64,000 nucleotides of DNA from a virus (IMGVR_UViG_3300048582_000136:9893-73892); one strand, 5' to 3'. Shown: positions 38,292-48,686, counted from the stretch's first letter. A program made the numbers and translations. The notes: generated by a model not told the origin, from the sequence alone.

Positions 38292-40022
38292 TCAAAGCTC
38301 CGTTATTGTGTAAAAGGAACTGGGCGCAATGTTGTTTTCCCCGTCCGCCTTCATCCAAGCTTCGGAAACGTAGTCATTGCGCGCCCAGGCATACTGGTAA
38401 TAGCCCTCGCCTTGTTCGTTGCCTGCGGTGTCGGAACCGTTGATCGTGAATTCCATGTTGGACCCGGTGCCAGATGGCCGCGCGGAAATCGTGTTGTCGG
38501 TGGCGGCAAGCGCGCCGTCTTTGAACAGCCGCCGCTGCGTTGTGCCGTTGTGCTGCGACGCCACCCGGAAGGTGTCCTTGTAGGCAGGGTCATAGGTCGA
38601 TTCCAGCCAAGTGTCGGTGCTGTTCCACAGCGCCAGACGGTTGCTGGACGTGCGATAAGCAGTTGTCGCACGTTGGCTGGAGCTGGTCCCGTTCGACATG
38701 GAGAAGAAAGCTTGCTGGAGGTCGCCGGTCAATTCGACCCAATGGACGGTTAGGCCTGCCGACCATACGGTAGACATCGGGTAGCGTTCCCAACTCGTCT
38801 GGTAGTGAAGCCGCCCAAAGTCAGCCAGCGCGTCCACCTTTTCCAAGACGGTCAGGTCGCCGTCGCCGTCCATGTGGTAAAGCTTGCCCGTGCTGGGGAC
38901 GTAGGACAGGCCCTCGCCATCACCGCCTTGCGGGTTGACAAATTCATTGTCTAGCGCGACATCGACCACCCCGGTCTTGGAGACTTTCGTGATGCGGTTA
39001 TTGTTCGTCGAAAGCAGTATCTCACCGTCAACGAAGGTGATGCCGTTCATCAGCGGGACGGTCGTGCTCAGAGAGACTGCCCCGAGATAGTTTCCGGACG
39101 TATCCCACTGCATCAGGCTGGTGCCGTCCGTGTAGTCCACGCCCCAGATCGTGCCGGTGTCCGGGTCTTGCGCGATGCCTGCGACGGCGCGGTTCTGGGC
39201 AGAGACGTTGTAGTAGCGATCAAGCGCCAGCGTCGTCAGGTTGAAAACGCAGAGATACTCCTTGTAGGTCCCGACGAAGGGATATTCTTGGATCGGAACC
39301 CAGAGTTCGCCTGCAATGATGCAGCCATCGCTGGTGTGGTTCAGCGCGGTCACGCCGGTTGCGGTTTTCATATCGCCTACCGGGTCAAGGTTGGACGCGA
39401 GAACCGTGGTCGGTGAAGCCACTGTTGCGCGGCGGAGGCCGTTGGTGTCGATCGTGATGAGGTTGCCGGATGCGTCCACGGCAACGCCTTGTTCTGGTGT
39501 GCCGGTCAATCCGCCGTAGTAATCGACCCGCTTCCACTCTGAAAATGCCGTGCTGACCGCGTTGCGGGTAAACGAATTGCCCGTGCGGTTGTCCGTCTGC
39601 GGATAGACGATGACCACCTCATAATCCGACCAGACCGCGTTGCGCCCGTTGGTATCGGTGACGGCAAGGGCAACCTCGGACGGGCCAAGAAGCTTGATGA
39701 TGACATCGTTGTTCGATGCGGTCAGCAGCGTGGTTTTGGTGAACATGCGCCCGAGTTCGCGGGCCTTGTTAATGTAGGTGACATCGTGCGGGATCATCGT
39801 CACCCCGTCGGCAGCATAAGCGCGGATATTGCCGCCGTCGCTGCGAACATCCGTCCAGAAGCTGGCAGGCATCCCCGAGAGGTCGATCATCAGCGGAAAG
39901 TCGGTCAAGTCTGCTGTGACCTCGCCCGAGGCCACGCGAACCTGATATTCGCCACCGACAAAAGCGCCAGTGTCCTTGTCGATCGAAGCGGCAATGATGC
40001 CAGAGAGAAGAGGGTGCGCCAT
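38292..40022 (-). CDS. receptor-binding/fibre-tip protein (DUF2341-like N-terminus, beta-propeller-like middle, LamG-like C-terminus)
   Basis: LTDFPLMIDL...FW..V.SDGGNIR; repeated G(I/V/L)AxD/GLSY blades; LFKDGAL near the C-terminus. Confidence 0.7.
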   Translation of the reverse strand: MAHPLLSGIIAASIDKDTGAFVGGEYQVRVASGEVTADLTDFPLMIDLSGMPASFWTDVRSDGGNIRAYAADGVTMIPHDVTYINKARELGRMFTKTTLLTASNNDVIIKLLGPSEVALAVTDTNGRNAVWSDYEVVIVYPQTDNRTGNSFTRNAVSTAFSEWKRVDYYGGLTGTPEQGVAVDASGNLITIDTNGLRRATVASPTTVLASNLDPVGDMKTATGVTALNHTSDGCIIAGELWVPIQEYPFVGTYKEYLCVFNLTTLALDRYYNVSAQNRAVAGIAQDPDTGTIWGVDYTDGTSLMQWDTSGNYLGAVSLSTTVPLMNGITFVDGEILLSTNNNRITKVSKTGVVDVALDNEFVNPQGGDGEGLSYVPSTGKLYHMDGDGDLTVLEKVDALADFGRLHYQTSWERYPMSTVWSAGLTVHWVELTGDLQQAFFSMSNGTSSSQRATTAYRTSSNRLALWNSTDTWLESTYDPAYKDTFRVASQHNGTTQRRLFKDGALAATDNTISARPSGTGSNMEFTINGSDTAGNEQGEGYYQYAWARNDYVSEAWMKADGENNIAPSSFYTITEL

Positions 40023-41155
40023 CAGACAAGCTCCAGATCGCCGGTCAGATCCCAAGTGTCCGTCGCGACCTTGATCAGCGCGCCGGTCGATCCCGTCTTG
40101 CGAAGCTTCAGGGTTTCGGCGGTGTTGATCGTCACGCCGCCCGAGGCAACGAATGTGATCTGCCCAGCGCCCGCCTGCCGGACCTGAATGACCGTTCCGA
40201 CCGGAAACGCCACCGAGGCATTCGTCGGGACCGTCAGATCAACTGCGCTGCCCGATGTCATGCGGATGTATTTGCCCGCGTCGGTCAGGAGGAGGTTATA
40301 GGCCCCGGCCTGCGTGTTCAGTTCGACCAGCCTGGGATCTGCCCAAGTGCCATCAGCGCGCAGGTAGTTCACCGTACCGCCACCAGAGGCCGGCGTAACC
40401 CCATTGAGAGATGTGGTGAAGGTGTTAAGCAGCGTAGTAATCTGTGCCCCGGTCAGGTCAGTGATACCCCCGCCACTCAGGCGTCCCACCACCCGATCTT
40501 GCCCAACAACGATGTCTTCTGGATCGCCGCTTCCGGCTGACGCCCTACCTTTCAGCGTGCGCCCCGCCATGTCGGCCAGCTTTGTGTTGTCGATCGCATT
40601 GGCTGCAACCGTCCCTGCACCACCCGAAGCAGCAAAGGTAACATCACCTGAACCAAACGCAGGAAGTCTTCCTGTTGGAAGGGTTCCTACAACCAAGTCA
40701 CTAGCCGAGCCACTGAAAGCTACAGCGGCAATATCTGCCACCCATTTGCCAAGCTTTGCAAATGCTCCAAGAATTGTGTCGGAAGCGCTCAATGAAACCC
40801 TGGATTCAGAGGCGGAATAACCACTCAGACTGGTTGCTCGTGTAGCCATCCCAAAGTCTGTTATCTCTGTCGAATCGTGGTTGTGAGCCACGGCAGGAAA
40901 TACACTGGGTTTTGAAAGGATATCATCCCAGTCTACACCAGTAGGACCACCACCAGGCCCACTTTCGATCAAAACCAACAGCCCTGCGTAGTTTTCAGCC
41001 GAAATCAAGCCTGCATTTTCAGCAGTTGCCAAAGGCAAGAAAGTTCCATCACCCGTGGATGATGCAAGCCAGCGGGTTTGTGGGTCGTATTTTAGACTCG
41101 TAAAGGGACCTGGATCCCAGTTGCTCGGCGGATTGATTGACGGAACACGCTTCAT
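40022..41155 (-). CDS. tail fibre/appendage protein
   Basis: WDDILSKPS and YLRADGTW fibre motifs; C-terminal AFPVGTVI.V.QAGAGQIT...DTWDLTGDL adaptor domain. Confidence 0.8.
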   Translation of the reverse strand: MKRVPSINPPSNWDPGPFTSLKYDPQTRWLASSTGDGTFLPLATAENAGLISAENYAGLLVLIESGPGGGPTGVDWDDILSKPSVFPAVAHNHDSTEITDFGMATRATSLSGYSASESRVSLSASDTILGAFAKLGKWVADIAAVAFSGSASDLVVGTLPTGRLPAFGSGDVTFAASGGAGTVAANAIDNTKLADMAGRTLKGRASAGSGDPEDIVVGQDRVVGRLSGGGITDLTGAQITTLLNTFTTSLNGVTPASGGGTVNYLRADGTWADPRLVELNTQAGAYNLLLTDAGKYIRMTSGSAVDLTVPTNASVAFPVGTVIQVRQAGAGQITFVASGGVTINTAETLKLRKTGSTGALIKVATDTWDLTGDLELV

Positions 41156-41234
41156 TTTATTGTCCTTGTGTGCTCGATTGGGTCGCTTTTGTTGGTGTCC
41201 ACGTCCTGCTCCTGTGTCTTGCGGGGGGTCATGG

Positions 41235-44138
41235 TCAAAGCCCAGCCGTCAGCAGGTAGGCCATATGCCAGCGGTTGTCGGTTGCCGTGGCCCCGACCAT
41301 TGCCTCTATTCGCTGAGCGAGCGTTGTTGTGCTGGTCGGGATGTTCGTGGTGAGGGAGCCTTCCGCGACAAAGCGTGTATCGGTGCGGCGCACCATGTAG
41401 CGGACAAAAGCGGAGTTTGCAGGCGCGTAGAAGCAATACTCATAGGCCGCTGTTGCGGACGGCACAGGGAAGTTGGCCCCGAGGTTTACCGGTGTCCCCG
41501 CCGTTCCGGATGCGTAATAGACGCGAAGGGTGGTGTCAGCAGTCTGAGCCCCAATAAGAAGGCATTGTGTCAGAGCGTTGTTTAGTGTGGTTGAAACCGC
41601 ACTGGTTCCAAGCATACCGGCGCGAACAGCCCCAGACGTGGCCCCCATCAGCGGGAAACGGACATGGCCCGCGTTGAAGAACCCGTTGACGTTGGTGGTG
41701 TCACCTCTGCGGTAATAGGTGGTAACAGTCCGAATGCTCGTTGTGCCGTTTGCAGCGTTGTTTGTCCCTTGGGTAAACCCCCAATATTCAAACGGAGAGC
41801 TGTTGGCTGGAGCATTTGTCGACAGGGTTGCGGTTGTCGTTGACAGAGGGTAGCCGATCACGGCGATAGAGGTTGTGGTGTTCGGCAGGAAGATGTGACC
41901 CGCACGACCGGGCTGATACACGTCGAAGCTTTGCGAAACCAGCCGCCACCGAGATAGGGTAGCATCGTATCGAAGCTGAATGCTCTCAGTCGGCAAAAGC
42001 CATATAGAGCCGAAGGCCCGGAAGTTAAACCTGTTCGCCGCCGTGCTGGCCGTGCTTTCATTCTCAAGGCAGATGACGAAGGTACTGTCGTTGAACAGCG
42101 TGACGAATTGGTCGGTCGCCCCTGCCGCAATGCCGGTAATGAAGCTGTTGGTTGTCGGCTGCGCCTTGATCGTGCCGGTGCCAGCGTCAAAGCCCGAAGG
42201 TGCCCAGTTGGCTTGGTCCGTTCCTGGTGCCGCCGTTACAAGGCCGTTGATGGTCAGGACAGCGGAAGAGGTGCCGGTTGCCCGTGCGCCAAGGCCGACG
42301 ACATTCAGCGTCGCAAGGCCTGTGGTGACGTTGACGCCCTCGTCTTGCAGGGTGATCGGCGATCCGCCGCCAGCCGCCGCCCAGGTTCCATCGGCGCGCA
42401 GGAAGTTCGTCGTCCCGCCACCGGATGCAGGCGCAAGCCCGGCCTGCGTCGAGTTGAACGCGGTCAGGGTCGCATCGGTGCCGGTGTCGCTGGTGACGGT
42501 GCTGGTGGCCGCGTCCCATGCGAGGTTGGTGGCACCACCGCCGCCCGAGGCGTTCAACGTCGTGCCCGACATGGTGAGGTTTGTGCCAAGCGTGATGGCC
42601 GCAATGTCGCCGGTCGATCCGCGCCCGAGAAGCTGCGAAGCGCCAATCGCGACTTCACCCACGTTGCCAGTGGTGGCCGCAGCGCGGGCAAGGACGATAT
42701 TCGCGCCGACGTTGGCGATCTTGTTCAGCGCAACAGCGTTGTTTGAGATTTGCGCGCCGACAACCTGCGCCGCGACAATATCACCGGCCACGCGGCCCAA
42801 GACCGTGTTGGTCGGGATGTTCAGATCAGTCGGGTCGGCGGTCGAAGCCGTCGCGTTTACCTTGACGGTATTGGCCGCCATGTTGGCCAGCTTGGTGTTG
42901 TCCACCGCGTCAGCGGCGATGGTCAGGGCAGTGCCGCCCGCCGTCTTGGTCACGTCGCCGGTAAAGGCCGAGGTGCGGATACTGCCCGTGCCACTGAACT
43001 CGATGCCGCCTGTGACCGTGATGGCTTCCGGGTCGCCCGTGGCCGCTGTGTCGCGCCCGATCAGCGTATCGGTGGCGATGTCTGCCATCTTAGCGAAACT
43101 GACGGCATTGTTCGCGATGGTGCCCGCGCCGCCGCCCGAGGCAAACGACACATCGCCCGAACCGAAGGACGGAAGCCGCGCCGCCGGAAGCGTGCCAGCG
43201 CCAAGGTCGGACGCGCTGCCAGAGGTGGCGACAGCGGCAAGGCCCGACACATCCCCCGCAGCGATGGACAACAGCGTCTTGACCTGTGCTGCCGTCAAGG
43301 CAATCGGGGTTGCAGGTGATCCGGTGTTGTTCCCGATGATGGTGGACGCCGCAAGGTTGGCCATCTTGGACAGCGTGACCGCGCCCGCCGTGATGGTCGT
43401 CGCGCCGTCCCCGACCGACGTGACATCGCCGGTATGATTCGGGTGGGCGTAGTTGTTCGCGCCCGTGGCGATGCTGTCCAGCTTGGTCTTGTCGGCGCCG
43501 GACATGAAGCCCGCGACCGAAGTGGTGGCCGCCGGGTGCAGCGTGCCGCCGGCCCGAGTTCCGTGCGCCGTATCGTCAAACCGCGCGGCAGGCAGAGTGC
43601 CCGCCGACAGATCGCTGGCGCTTCCCGACGTAGCGACCGCGGCCAGCCCGGAAACGTCTCCGGCGACAATCGCCAACAGTGTCTTGGCCTGTGCCGGGGT
43701 CAGCGCCTCTGGATCGCCCGTACCGGTCGTCACGCGGCCGAGAATGGTGCTGGTAGCCAAGTCGGCCATCTTCGACAACGTGACTACGTTGTTGTCGATC
43801 GTCCACGTCGCGCCCGAACCGCTGACCGTGATGTCGCCCTTGTCGCCGTCAGACACGCCACCGCCGCCTGCCGGTTGCCAGGACGTGTCATAATCCGTCG
43901 CACTGTTCTTCGTCAAAATATGTCCGGTTGTACCACCGGCCGGTACACTCTTGCCCGGAACCAAAATGATACTTTCGTATTCCGCCACCAAAAAACTGAT
44001 CTCATCGAGCTTCTCGTGGATATTGAGAATTTTTTCGATGTTGTCCCCGACCACCTTTACGGTGTCGTAAGCAGTGCCCACAAACCGATTTACGTTTGTC
44101 GGATCACTTTCTTTTACTGAAGACGGAGCCCTTTTCAT
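41235..44138 (-). CDS. long tail fibre protein with internal repeats
   Basis: N4-type N-terminus (FVGTAYDTVKVV); repeated VTLSKMA and AAVATSGSASDL units; FLRADGTW. Confidence 0.85.
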   Translation of the reverse strand: MKRAPSSVKESDPTNVNRFVGTAYDTVKVVGDNIEKILNIHEKLDEISFLVAEYESIILVPGKSVPAGGTTGHILTKNSATDYDTSWQPAGGGGVSDGDKGDITVSGSGATWTIDNNVVTLSKMADLATSTILGRVTTGTGDPEALTPAQAKTLLAIVAGDVSGLAAVATSGSASDLSAGTLPAARFDDTAHGTRAGGTLHPAATTSVAGFMSGADKTKLDSIATGANNYAHPNHTGDVTSVGDGATTITAGAVTLSKMANLAASTIIGNNTGSPATPIALTAAQVKTLLSIAAGDVSGLAAVATSGSASDLGAGTLPAARLPSFGSGDVSFASGGGAGTIANNAVSFAKMADIATDTLIGRDTAATGDPEAITVTGGIEFSGTGSIRTSAFTGDVTKTAGGTALTIAADAVDNTKLANMAANTVKVNATASTADPTDLNIPTNTVLGRVAGDIVAAQVVGAQISNNAVALNKIANVGANIVLARAAATTGNVGEVAIGASQLLGRGSTGDIAAITLGTNLTMSGTTLNASGGGGATNLAWDAATSTVTSDTGTDATLTAFNSTQAGLAPASGGGTTNFLRADGTWAAAGGGSPITLQDEGVNVTTGLATLNVVGLGARATGTSSAVLTINGLVTAAPGTDQANWAPSGFDAGTGTIKAQPTTNSFITGIAAGATDQFVTLFNDSTFVICLENESTASTAANRFNFRAFGSIWLLPTESIQLRYDATLSRWRLVSQSFDVYQPGRAGHIFLPNTTTSIAVIGYPLSTTTATLSTNAPANSSPFEYWGFTQGTNNAANGTTSIRTVTTYYRRGDTTNVNGFFNAGHVRFPLMGATSGAVRAGMLGTSAVSTTLNNALTQCLLIGAQTADTTLRVYYASGTAGTPVNLGANFPVPSATAAYEYCFYAPANSAFVRYMVRRTDTRFVAEGSLTTNIPTSTTTLAQRIEAMVGATATDNRWHMAYLLTAGL

Positions 44139-44833
44139 TTCCAGCCCCGCATTTCAAGCTTGGTGCTGGTTTCGGGAATGCTCGTCGATACAAGGTCTTT
44201 TTCTAGCACCTCAGCGCAGACCGCTTCGAACATCGCGTAATGCTCGGCCGCCTTTACAGAATGCTCCTGTCCGTTCATCGGCGACATGATCTTGTGCGCG
44301 ACGTAGGCTTCCAGAGCCGGATGAAGAATCTCCGGCAAATCGATTTCAGCAGTCAGGTCTTCATACGTCAGACGAACATGCTTCGCCTGATACATGACGA
44401 AATATGTGTTTCCCTGGGTGGGTTCGGTGATCTGCAACGTTGTTGGGTTTGGGGTGTATATCTTCCCGAGACCACTGGGATCGTTCAGAACCAGCTGACA
44501 ACCGCCTTCGTCGAAGACACTCAGAATTCTGATCACGTCTTCTTCAAACGGTTCCGCAAGGGAATCGCTGATATATTTTTGAGGAACGATCGCAGGATCA
44601 GTATCCGCAAAAATCTTCTTCAGTTGGTATAAAGTGATCGTATCGTAAGTCCGAACCTGGACTTCTTTTTCCTGAAGAATGAACTTTCCATGAAGAGCTG
44701 TCAGCCCTTGATTGATTGCTCGGCACACCTTTTCCTGATGCTCAAAGGGAATGAAGCCAGAGCCCTCTCCACCCACTTGAAGGTTGGACAGGACTCCCAG
44801 CGAAAGGTCTTTGTAGAGCTCTTCGAGCGTCAT
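44135..44833 (-). CDS. head-tail adaptor (N4 gp67-like, 30 kDa)
   Basis: LSLGVLSNL, INQGLTALH, IDLP...AL..YVA and ends KLEMRGWK. Confidence 0.85.
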   Translation of the reverse strand: MTLEELYKDLSLGVLSNLQVGGEGSGFIPFEHQEKVCRAINQGLTALHGKFILQEKEVQVRTYDTITLYQLKKIFADTDPAIVPQKYISDSLAEPFEEDVIRILSVFDEGGCQLVLNDPSGLGKIYTPNPTTLQITEPTQGNTYFVMYQAKHVRLTYEDLTAEIDLPEILHPALEAYVAHKIMSPMNGQEHSVKAAEHYAMFEAVCAEVLEKDLVSTSIPETSTKLEMRGWK

Positions 44834-44849
44834 CGTCGCATCCCGTTTT

Positions 44850-46481
44850 TCAGACGATGTAGGAGCTAATGCCACCTACCCCGCCATCATCTTTGTCATC
44901 CACATCCCAGTGATCGTCTTTACGAGTCACGGGGGTATCCTCGGTTGGCTTCCAGGGCGTCATGTGCATCAGCATCGAGATCGTATCGAGGCAATCGTCC
45001 TTGCCTTTCAGCCCGTTCACCGTTGCCAGGCTGATCTGGCTCATGAACTCGACCATGATCTTGCTGGTCCTCATCTCGGTCGGGAAATACATCTTCCCGG
45101 CCTTGAACAGTGGAACCACCAGGTTGAAACGGCTGAGCTTATTCGTCGTCGGCCGGATCCCTGGCTTCCCCTTCTCCAACGCGAAACTGAACCAGATGTT
45201 GCGGTTCATTTGTTCTTGCTGGAGCCACTGGATGAAGGCGCCCTGTTGGCCAGTGATTTCCACACCTACCTGTTGGGGGCGATACTCGGATACCAGTCGG
45301 AAGAGAGCATCGATCGACTTGTCCATGGTCTGGCGTTCACAGACGCCGTCGACCCAGAACCAGTCCCCATTCGCGTTATACGCCCAGACCGAGATGACCG
45401 AAAAGTCAGCCGTTTCCTTGTCCGAGGTCGCGAAATCGGTTGTGATATAGAAGTTGAACCTACCTCGATTGTTTAGCAGACTCGGTCGGGAATACCAGCG
45501 GATTTCTTCTTCCTGGATCAAACGCTCATCAGCCGAAGAGATCCGCAGCATCAGTTCCTGGTTGAAAGCCGAAAGCTTTCCGGACATGGCCGAGACTTCA
45601 TATTGTTCTTTCACAAAGTCATAGGAGAACCGGTCTTCCCAGGCTCCACGAAACTCTTCCCTTGTGCAGGGAAAGCGCTCACAGATCGGCCAGACGTTCA
45701 CATCCCAGGCCCCGGATTCCACCGCCTCGTAGAGGATGTCATCCTTGTTGAAAGGGGTGCCGTTGAAGATGATCTTCCGACGGGTCGGATCGAGCGCGTA
45801 GTCCACACCCTTGTAGACCGTGTCCTTAATCGCCTGCATGGCGGCCTTGGACTTTGCATCGTCATCCGACAAGAGGTCATCAAGCACACAGAGCGGGGGA
45901 CGTTTCCCAAAGATCTTCGTCCCGCGGATACCGGTCTTAGCCCCAAACAGCTTAACGCCGAACCGGCCACCTTCCTTGTTCTTGAACTCGAAATAGTTGT
46001 CGGTGAAGCTTGCTTCTTCGATCCATTCCTGCAGCCACTCGGAGTTGTGGTAGCGGTATTCAATGTTCTTCCGCAGACTCTTGCAGCCGTTGTCCATCGA
46101 GTCCGAGATGTAGATCATGGCATCGACCTTGCCGAAGCCATCAATCTCCCCGAAGACCGCCAGGTAGAGCACCAGGTATTCCGCCATCAAGGTGGTCTTG
46201 GCCATCCCTCGGGCGCAGAGGTTCGCCACCCTGGTTCGCTTGCCCTGGATCTTGTCGAGCATCTTTAGGTGCACGACTGGCGTCTTGTGGCTTTCGCCTT
46301 GGGCTCCGTTCACCAGCTTGATGAAGTTCATGAACTTCAGGGCAAACGTCGACGGCACATAGCTGCCGTCGTTCAGGCTCGAGTAGTCAACCCCGTCCAA
46401 CCATGCGTCGACGGTCTGCTTCTCGTAGCCAAGGTAAAATTCTGCCTTGGCTGCCTCGACAGGGTTGACAAAGGGGGTCAC
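44850..46481 (-). CDS. terL: terminase large subunit (N4 gp68-like)
   Basis: CARGMAKTT, GAKTGIRG, VLDDL, NGTP, TTDFA and DDCLDT motifs. Confidence 0.96.
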   Translation of the reverse strand: MTPFVNPVEAAKAEFYLGYEKQTVDAWLDGVDYSSLNDGSYVPSTFALKFMNFIKLVNGAQGESHKTPVVHLKMLDKIQGKRTRVANLCARGMAKTTLMAEYLVLYLAVFGEIDGFGKVDAMIYISDSMDNGCKSLRKNIEYRYHNSEWLQEWIEEASFTDNYFEFKNKEGGRFGVKLFGAKTGIRGTKIFGKRPPLCVLDDLLSDDDAKSKAAMQAIKDTVYKGVDYALDPTRRKIIFNGTPFNKDDILYEAVESGAWDVNVWPICERFPCTREEFRGAWEDRFSYDFVKEQYEVSAMSGKLSAFNQELMLRISSADERLIQEEEIRWYSRPSLLNNRGRFNFYITTDFATSDKETADFSVISVWAYNANGDWFWVDGVCERQTMDKSIDALFRLVSEYRPQQVGVEITGQQGAFIQWLQQEQMNRNIWFSFALEKGKPGIRPTTNKLSRFNLVVPLFKAGKMYFPTEMRTSKIMVEFMSQISLATVNGLKGKDDCLDTISMLMHMTPWKPTEDTPVTRKDDHWDVDDKDDGGVGGISSYIV

Positions 46482-46843
46482 TTACCTTGTGCCCCCAGGC
46501 GATCGTCGGTGCCCACGCCACGCTCTTCGTAGGCGATCAGGAAGGCGATGCAGCAGCCTGCGTGCCAGAGATGAGACCGGCCGGTTTCCTGATCCAAGGA
46601 ACCAAAGATAAAGCTCTCCGTGGTTGGACCTTTGCCACCCCACCAGCACCACATGTGTCGCATCAGAGCGCCGAACACACGGCCCCAGCTCATGCCTTTT
46701 TCCCAATTCCGATCGGCATACTTGTTGGCGCCAAACGTCAGGATCTCGCCAACGGCGAAGACGAGTTCCGGGGGGATGAGGTCCAGCCGAACCTTGCCTG
46801 AATCCAGTTTGGTGCCCTCGGGAAGGGTGCTACCATCTGCCAT
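46478..46843 (-). CDS. dATP/dGTP diphosphohydrolase-like protein (DUF5664)
   Basis: KLDSGKVRLDLIP...FGANKYADRNWEKG...ALMRH...DQETGRSHLWHA..CIAFL. Confidence 0.85.
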   Translation of the reverse strand: MADGSTLPEGTKLDSGKVRLDLIPPELVFAVGEILTFGANKYADRNWEKGMSWGRVFGALMRHMWCWWGGKGPTTESFIFGSLDQETGRSHLWHAGCCIAFLIAYEERGVGTDDRLGAQGK

Positions 46844-46844
46844 T

Positions 46845-47984
46845 CTAGTGTCCTCGATAAGTGTTTCTGAGGTTGGAGGTAATCCGCCCGATCTCGCCCC
46901 AGCTCTTGTGGACGGTCATCGCCGTCAGGGTTCCTCGGGAGAACAGCCCTTTGGTCTTGGCCCAGATGTTGGGCCTGTGTAGGGTCTGGAATTGCTCGGC
47001 GATGCAACCGACCAGCTCCTGCTTCTTTCCGTGATGGAAGTGTGCCGTCATGATGATCCGGTGCATCTTTGCGGCCGCCCATGCGTCAGCGAATTGATCT
47101 GCCCAGACATCCTTCAGGCCAGCCCAGTTGAGGGTGTCGCCATGGTGCGGGAAGGCCGCACACTCGCCCCAGGAGATCACCCGATACTCGTCTTCGGTGA
47201 TGACGAAGGTCACACGGTCGTTCAGTTCGAAGTGTGCCTGTAGAGCCAGCGCCACAGCCATGTAGGCGGTCGGATCGTGGTTGCCTTTGATGAAGTGCAC
47301 CTCGACCGTCTGGTGCGTCTCGAGGAGCCGGTAGACCGCTCTCCGCATCAGGCGAATGGCAACCCGTGTGTTCGTCAGGTGTTGGTGCTTGATGACGTCC
47401 AGAGGGTTCCCGGAGTTGGGTGTCACCCCTTTGTGGTCGTTGGCTTCGAGCAAATCTCCGAGCTCGATCAAGACCGCATGCGAGGCACGAGGCAAACGAG
47501 TGACCACATCGTCGAAGGCCTGATTGAACTCTTCTTCATTCTTGGGGTCTCCGTAGTGGCCGCCAATATGGAGGTCGGCCAAAGCGATCCAATTCGCCAG
47601 ATCCGCATCCGCATGTTCCCGTCCTGGAACCAAGGAGATCGGGAGCAGCCGAGGGATGTCGTCGAGGCTTTCAATCACTGCATCGGCGAAGCTGATCTTC
47701 TCATCCGTGTCCCCGATCATAAAGTAGAGCGAGCTTCCGGATCCGTATTTGTCCTTGTCCAAGAGCCAACCGGAATGGAGCGATCCGAGGTCTGTCAGCC
47801 CTTTTTCTGTCAGCCGGCGTAGAAGTTCCGGATCAAGGCTTGCTCGTTTCTTGGCTGATGCAATTCGCCGTTGTACTGCTCTCCGATTCATGTTGAGAGC
47901 CCTGGCAATCTGCCTTTGGCTCATTCCCTGGTCGAGCTGTTCTTGAATCAACCGCTCTTCTTCTTCGAAGGTTCTACCTGACAT
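46845..47984 (-). CDS. calcineurin-like metallophosphoesterase with N-terminal HTH
   Basis: GMSQRQIARALNMNRRAVQR (HTH); ADLHIG, LGDLLE, GNHD, HHGD and AHFHH. Confidence 0.85.
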   Translation of the reverse strand: MSGRTFEEEERLIQEQLDQGMSQRQIARALNMNRRAVQRRIASAKKRASLDPELLRRLTEKGLTDLGSLHSGWLLDKDKYGSGSSLYFMIGDTDEKISFADAVIESLDDIPRLLPISLVPGREHADADLANWIALADLHIGGHYGDPKNEEEFNQAFDDVVTRLPRASHAVLIELGDLLEANDHKGVTPNSGNPLDVIKHQHLTNTRVAIRLMRRAVYRLLETHQTVEVHFIKGNHDPTAYMAVALALQAHFELNDRVTFVITEDEYRVISWGECAAFPHHGDTLNWAGLKDVWADQFADAWAAAKMHRIIMTAHFHHGKKQELVGCIAEQFQTLHRPNIWAKTKGLFSRGTLTAMTVHKSWGEIGRITSNLRNTYRGH

Positions 47985-48002
47985 CTCGCCTCTTCATCAT
48001 GC

Positions 48003-48686
48003 TCAATTTGTGTCTGTGAGCACTTCAGCATCGACGATGGATTGATGTGCGATCTCTTTGGTTTTCATGCCGGCCTGGATCAGATCCTTCTGCATTTCGG
48101 CCATCTTTCCCAACTGTTCCCGCAGCTCGTTCAGTCCCGAGTTGTCGGCCATGTTGAGATTCAGCTGCACCGCGGCAGCCTCGGGTTTTTTGAGGTGGTT
48201 CAAGAGGGAGTCCGCGGCTTTTTGTTGCACGTCTTCCCGCTTGGCATGTTTCATCAGCCAGACCTGTTTGTTGATCGCAGCCTGGTAGACGTCCTGATTC
48301 AGAACCCAGATCGGGATCAGGGATTGCTCCAGGATGATGTTCACCAGCTTGTTCTTGGCGAACGCAGCGACGTAAGCGCTAATGTCTTTATCCGTTGCAC
48401 CCCGAGCGACCAGCGTCTGGTAGCGGGCCGGGAAGGTCCTGACGTAGGACTCCTGGTTCGAGTAGCCCATCATCTTGAAGCTGACGTAGGCTACCGCGTT
48501 GACGTAGTCCTCGACCTTGAACTTTCCCTCTTTCAGGACCGCGGTGTAGGACAGAAGGTTGTCCCGAACGGTTCGGGCAATTTCTTCATCCGTGCAGATC
48601 CCGTTCAGGGTATCGACCAGCTCTTGCGACACGGCTGACTTCAGGGAAGCAGGTAGCGCAGTCTGCACTTCAGCTTGAGTCAGCAT
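48003..48686 (-). CDS. terS: terminase small subunit (N4 gp69-like)
   Basis: SYTAVLKEGKFK..DY.NAV.YVS.K.MG, KNKLVN and AADSLLNHLK motifs. Confidence 0.88.
   Translation of the reverse strand: MLTQAEVQTALPASLKSAVSQELVDTLNGICTDEEIARTVRDNLLSYTAVLKEGKFKVEDYVNAVAYVSFKMMGYSNQESYVRTFPARYQTLVARGATDKDISAYVAAFAKNKLVNIILEQSLIPIWVLNQDVYQAAINKQVWLMKHAKREDVQQKAADSLLNHLKKPEAAAVQLNLNMADNSGLNELREQLGKMAEMQKDLIQAGMKTKEIAHQSIVDAEVLTDTN

Noticed and set aside
46478-46843. Evidence for a Z-base or 7-deazaguanine modified genome
   Set aside because: No purZ, dpdA or que genes in the window; DUF5664 alone is insufficient.
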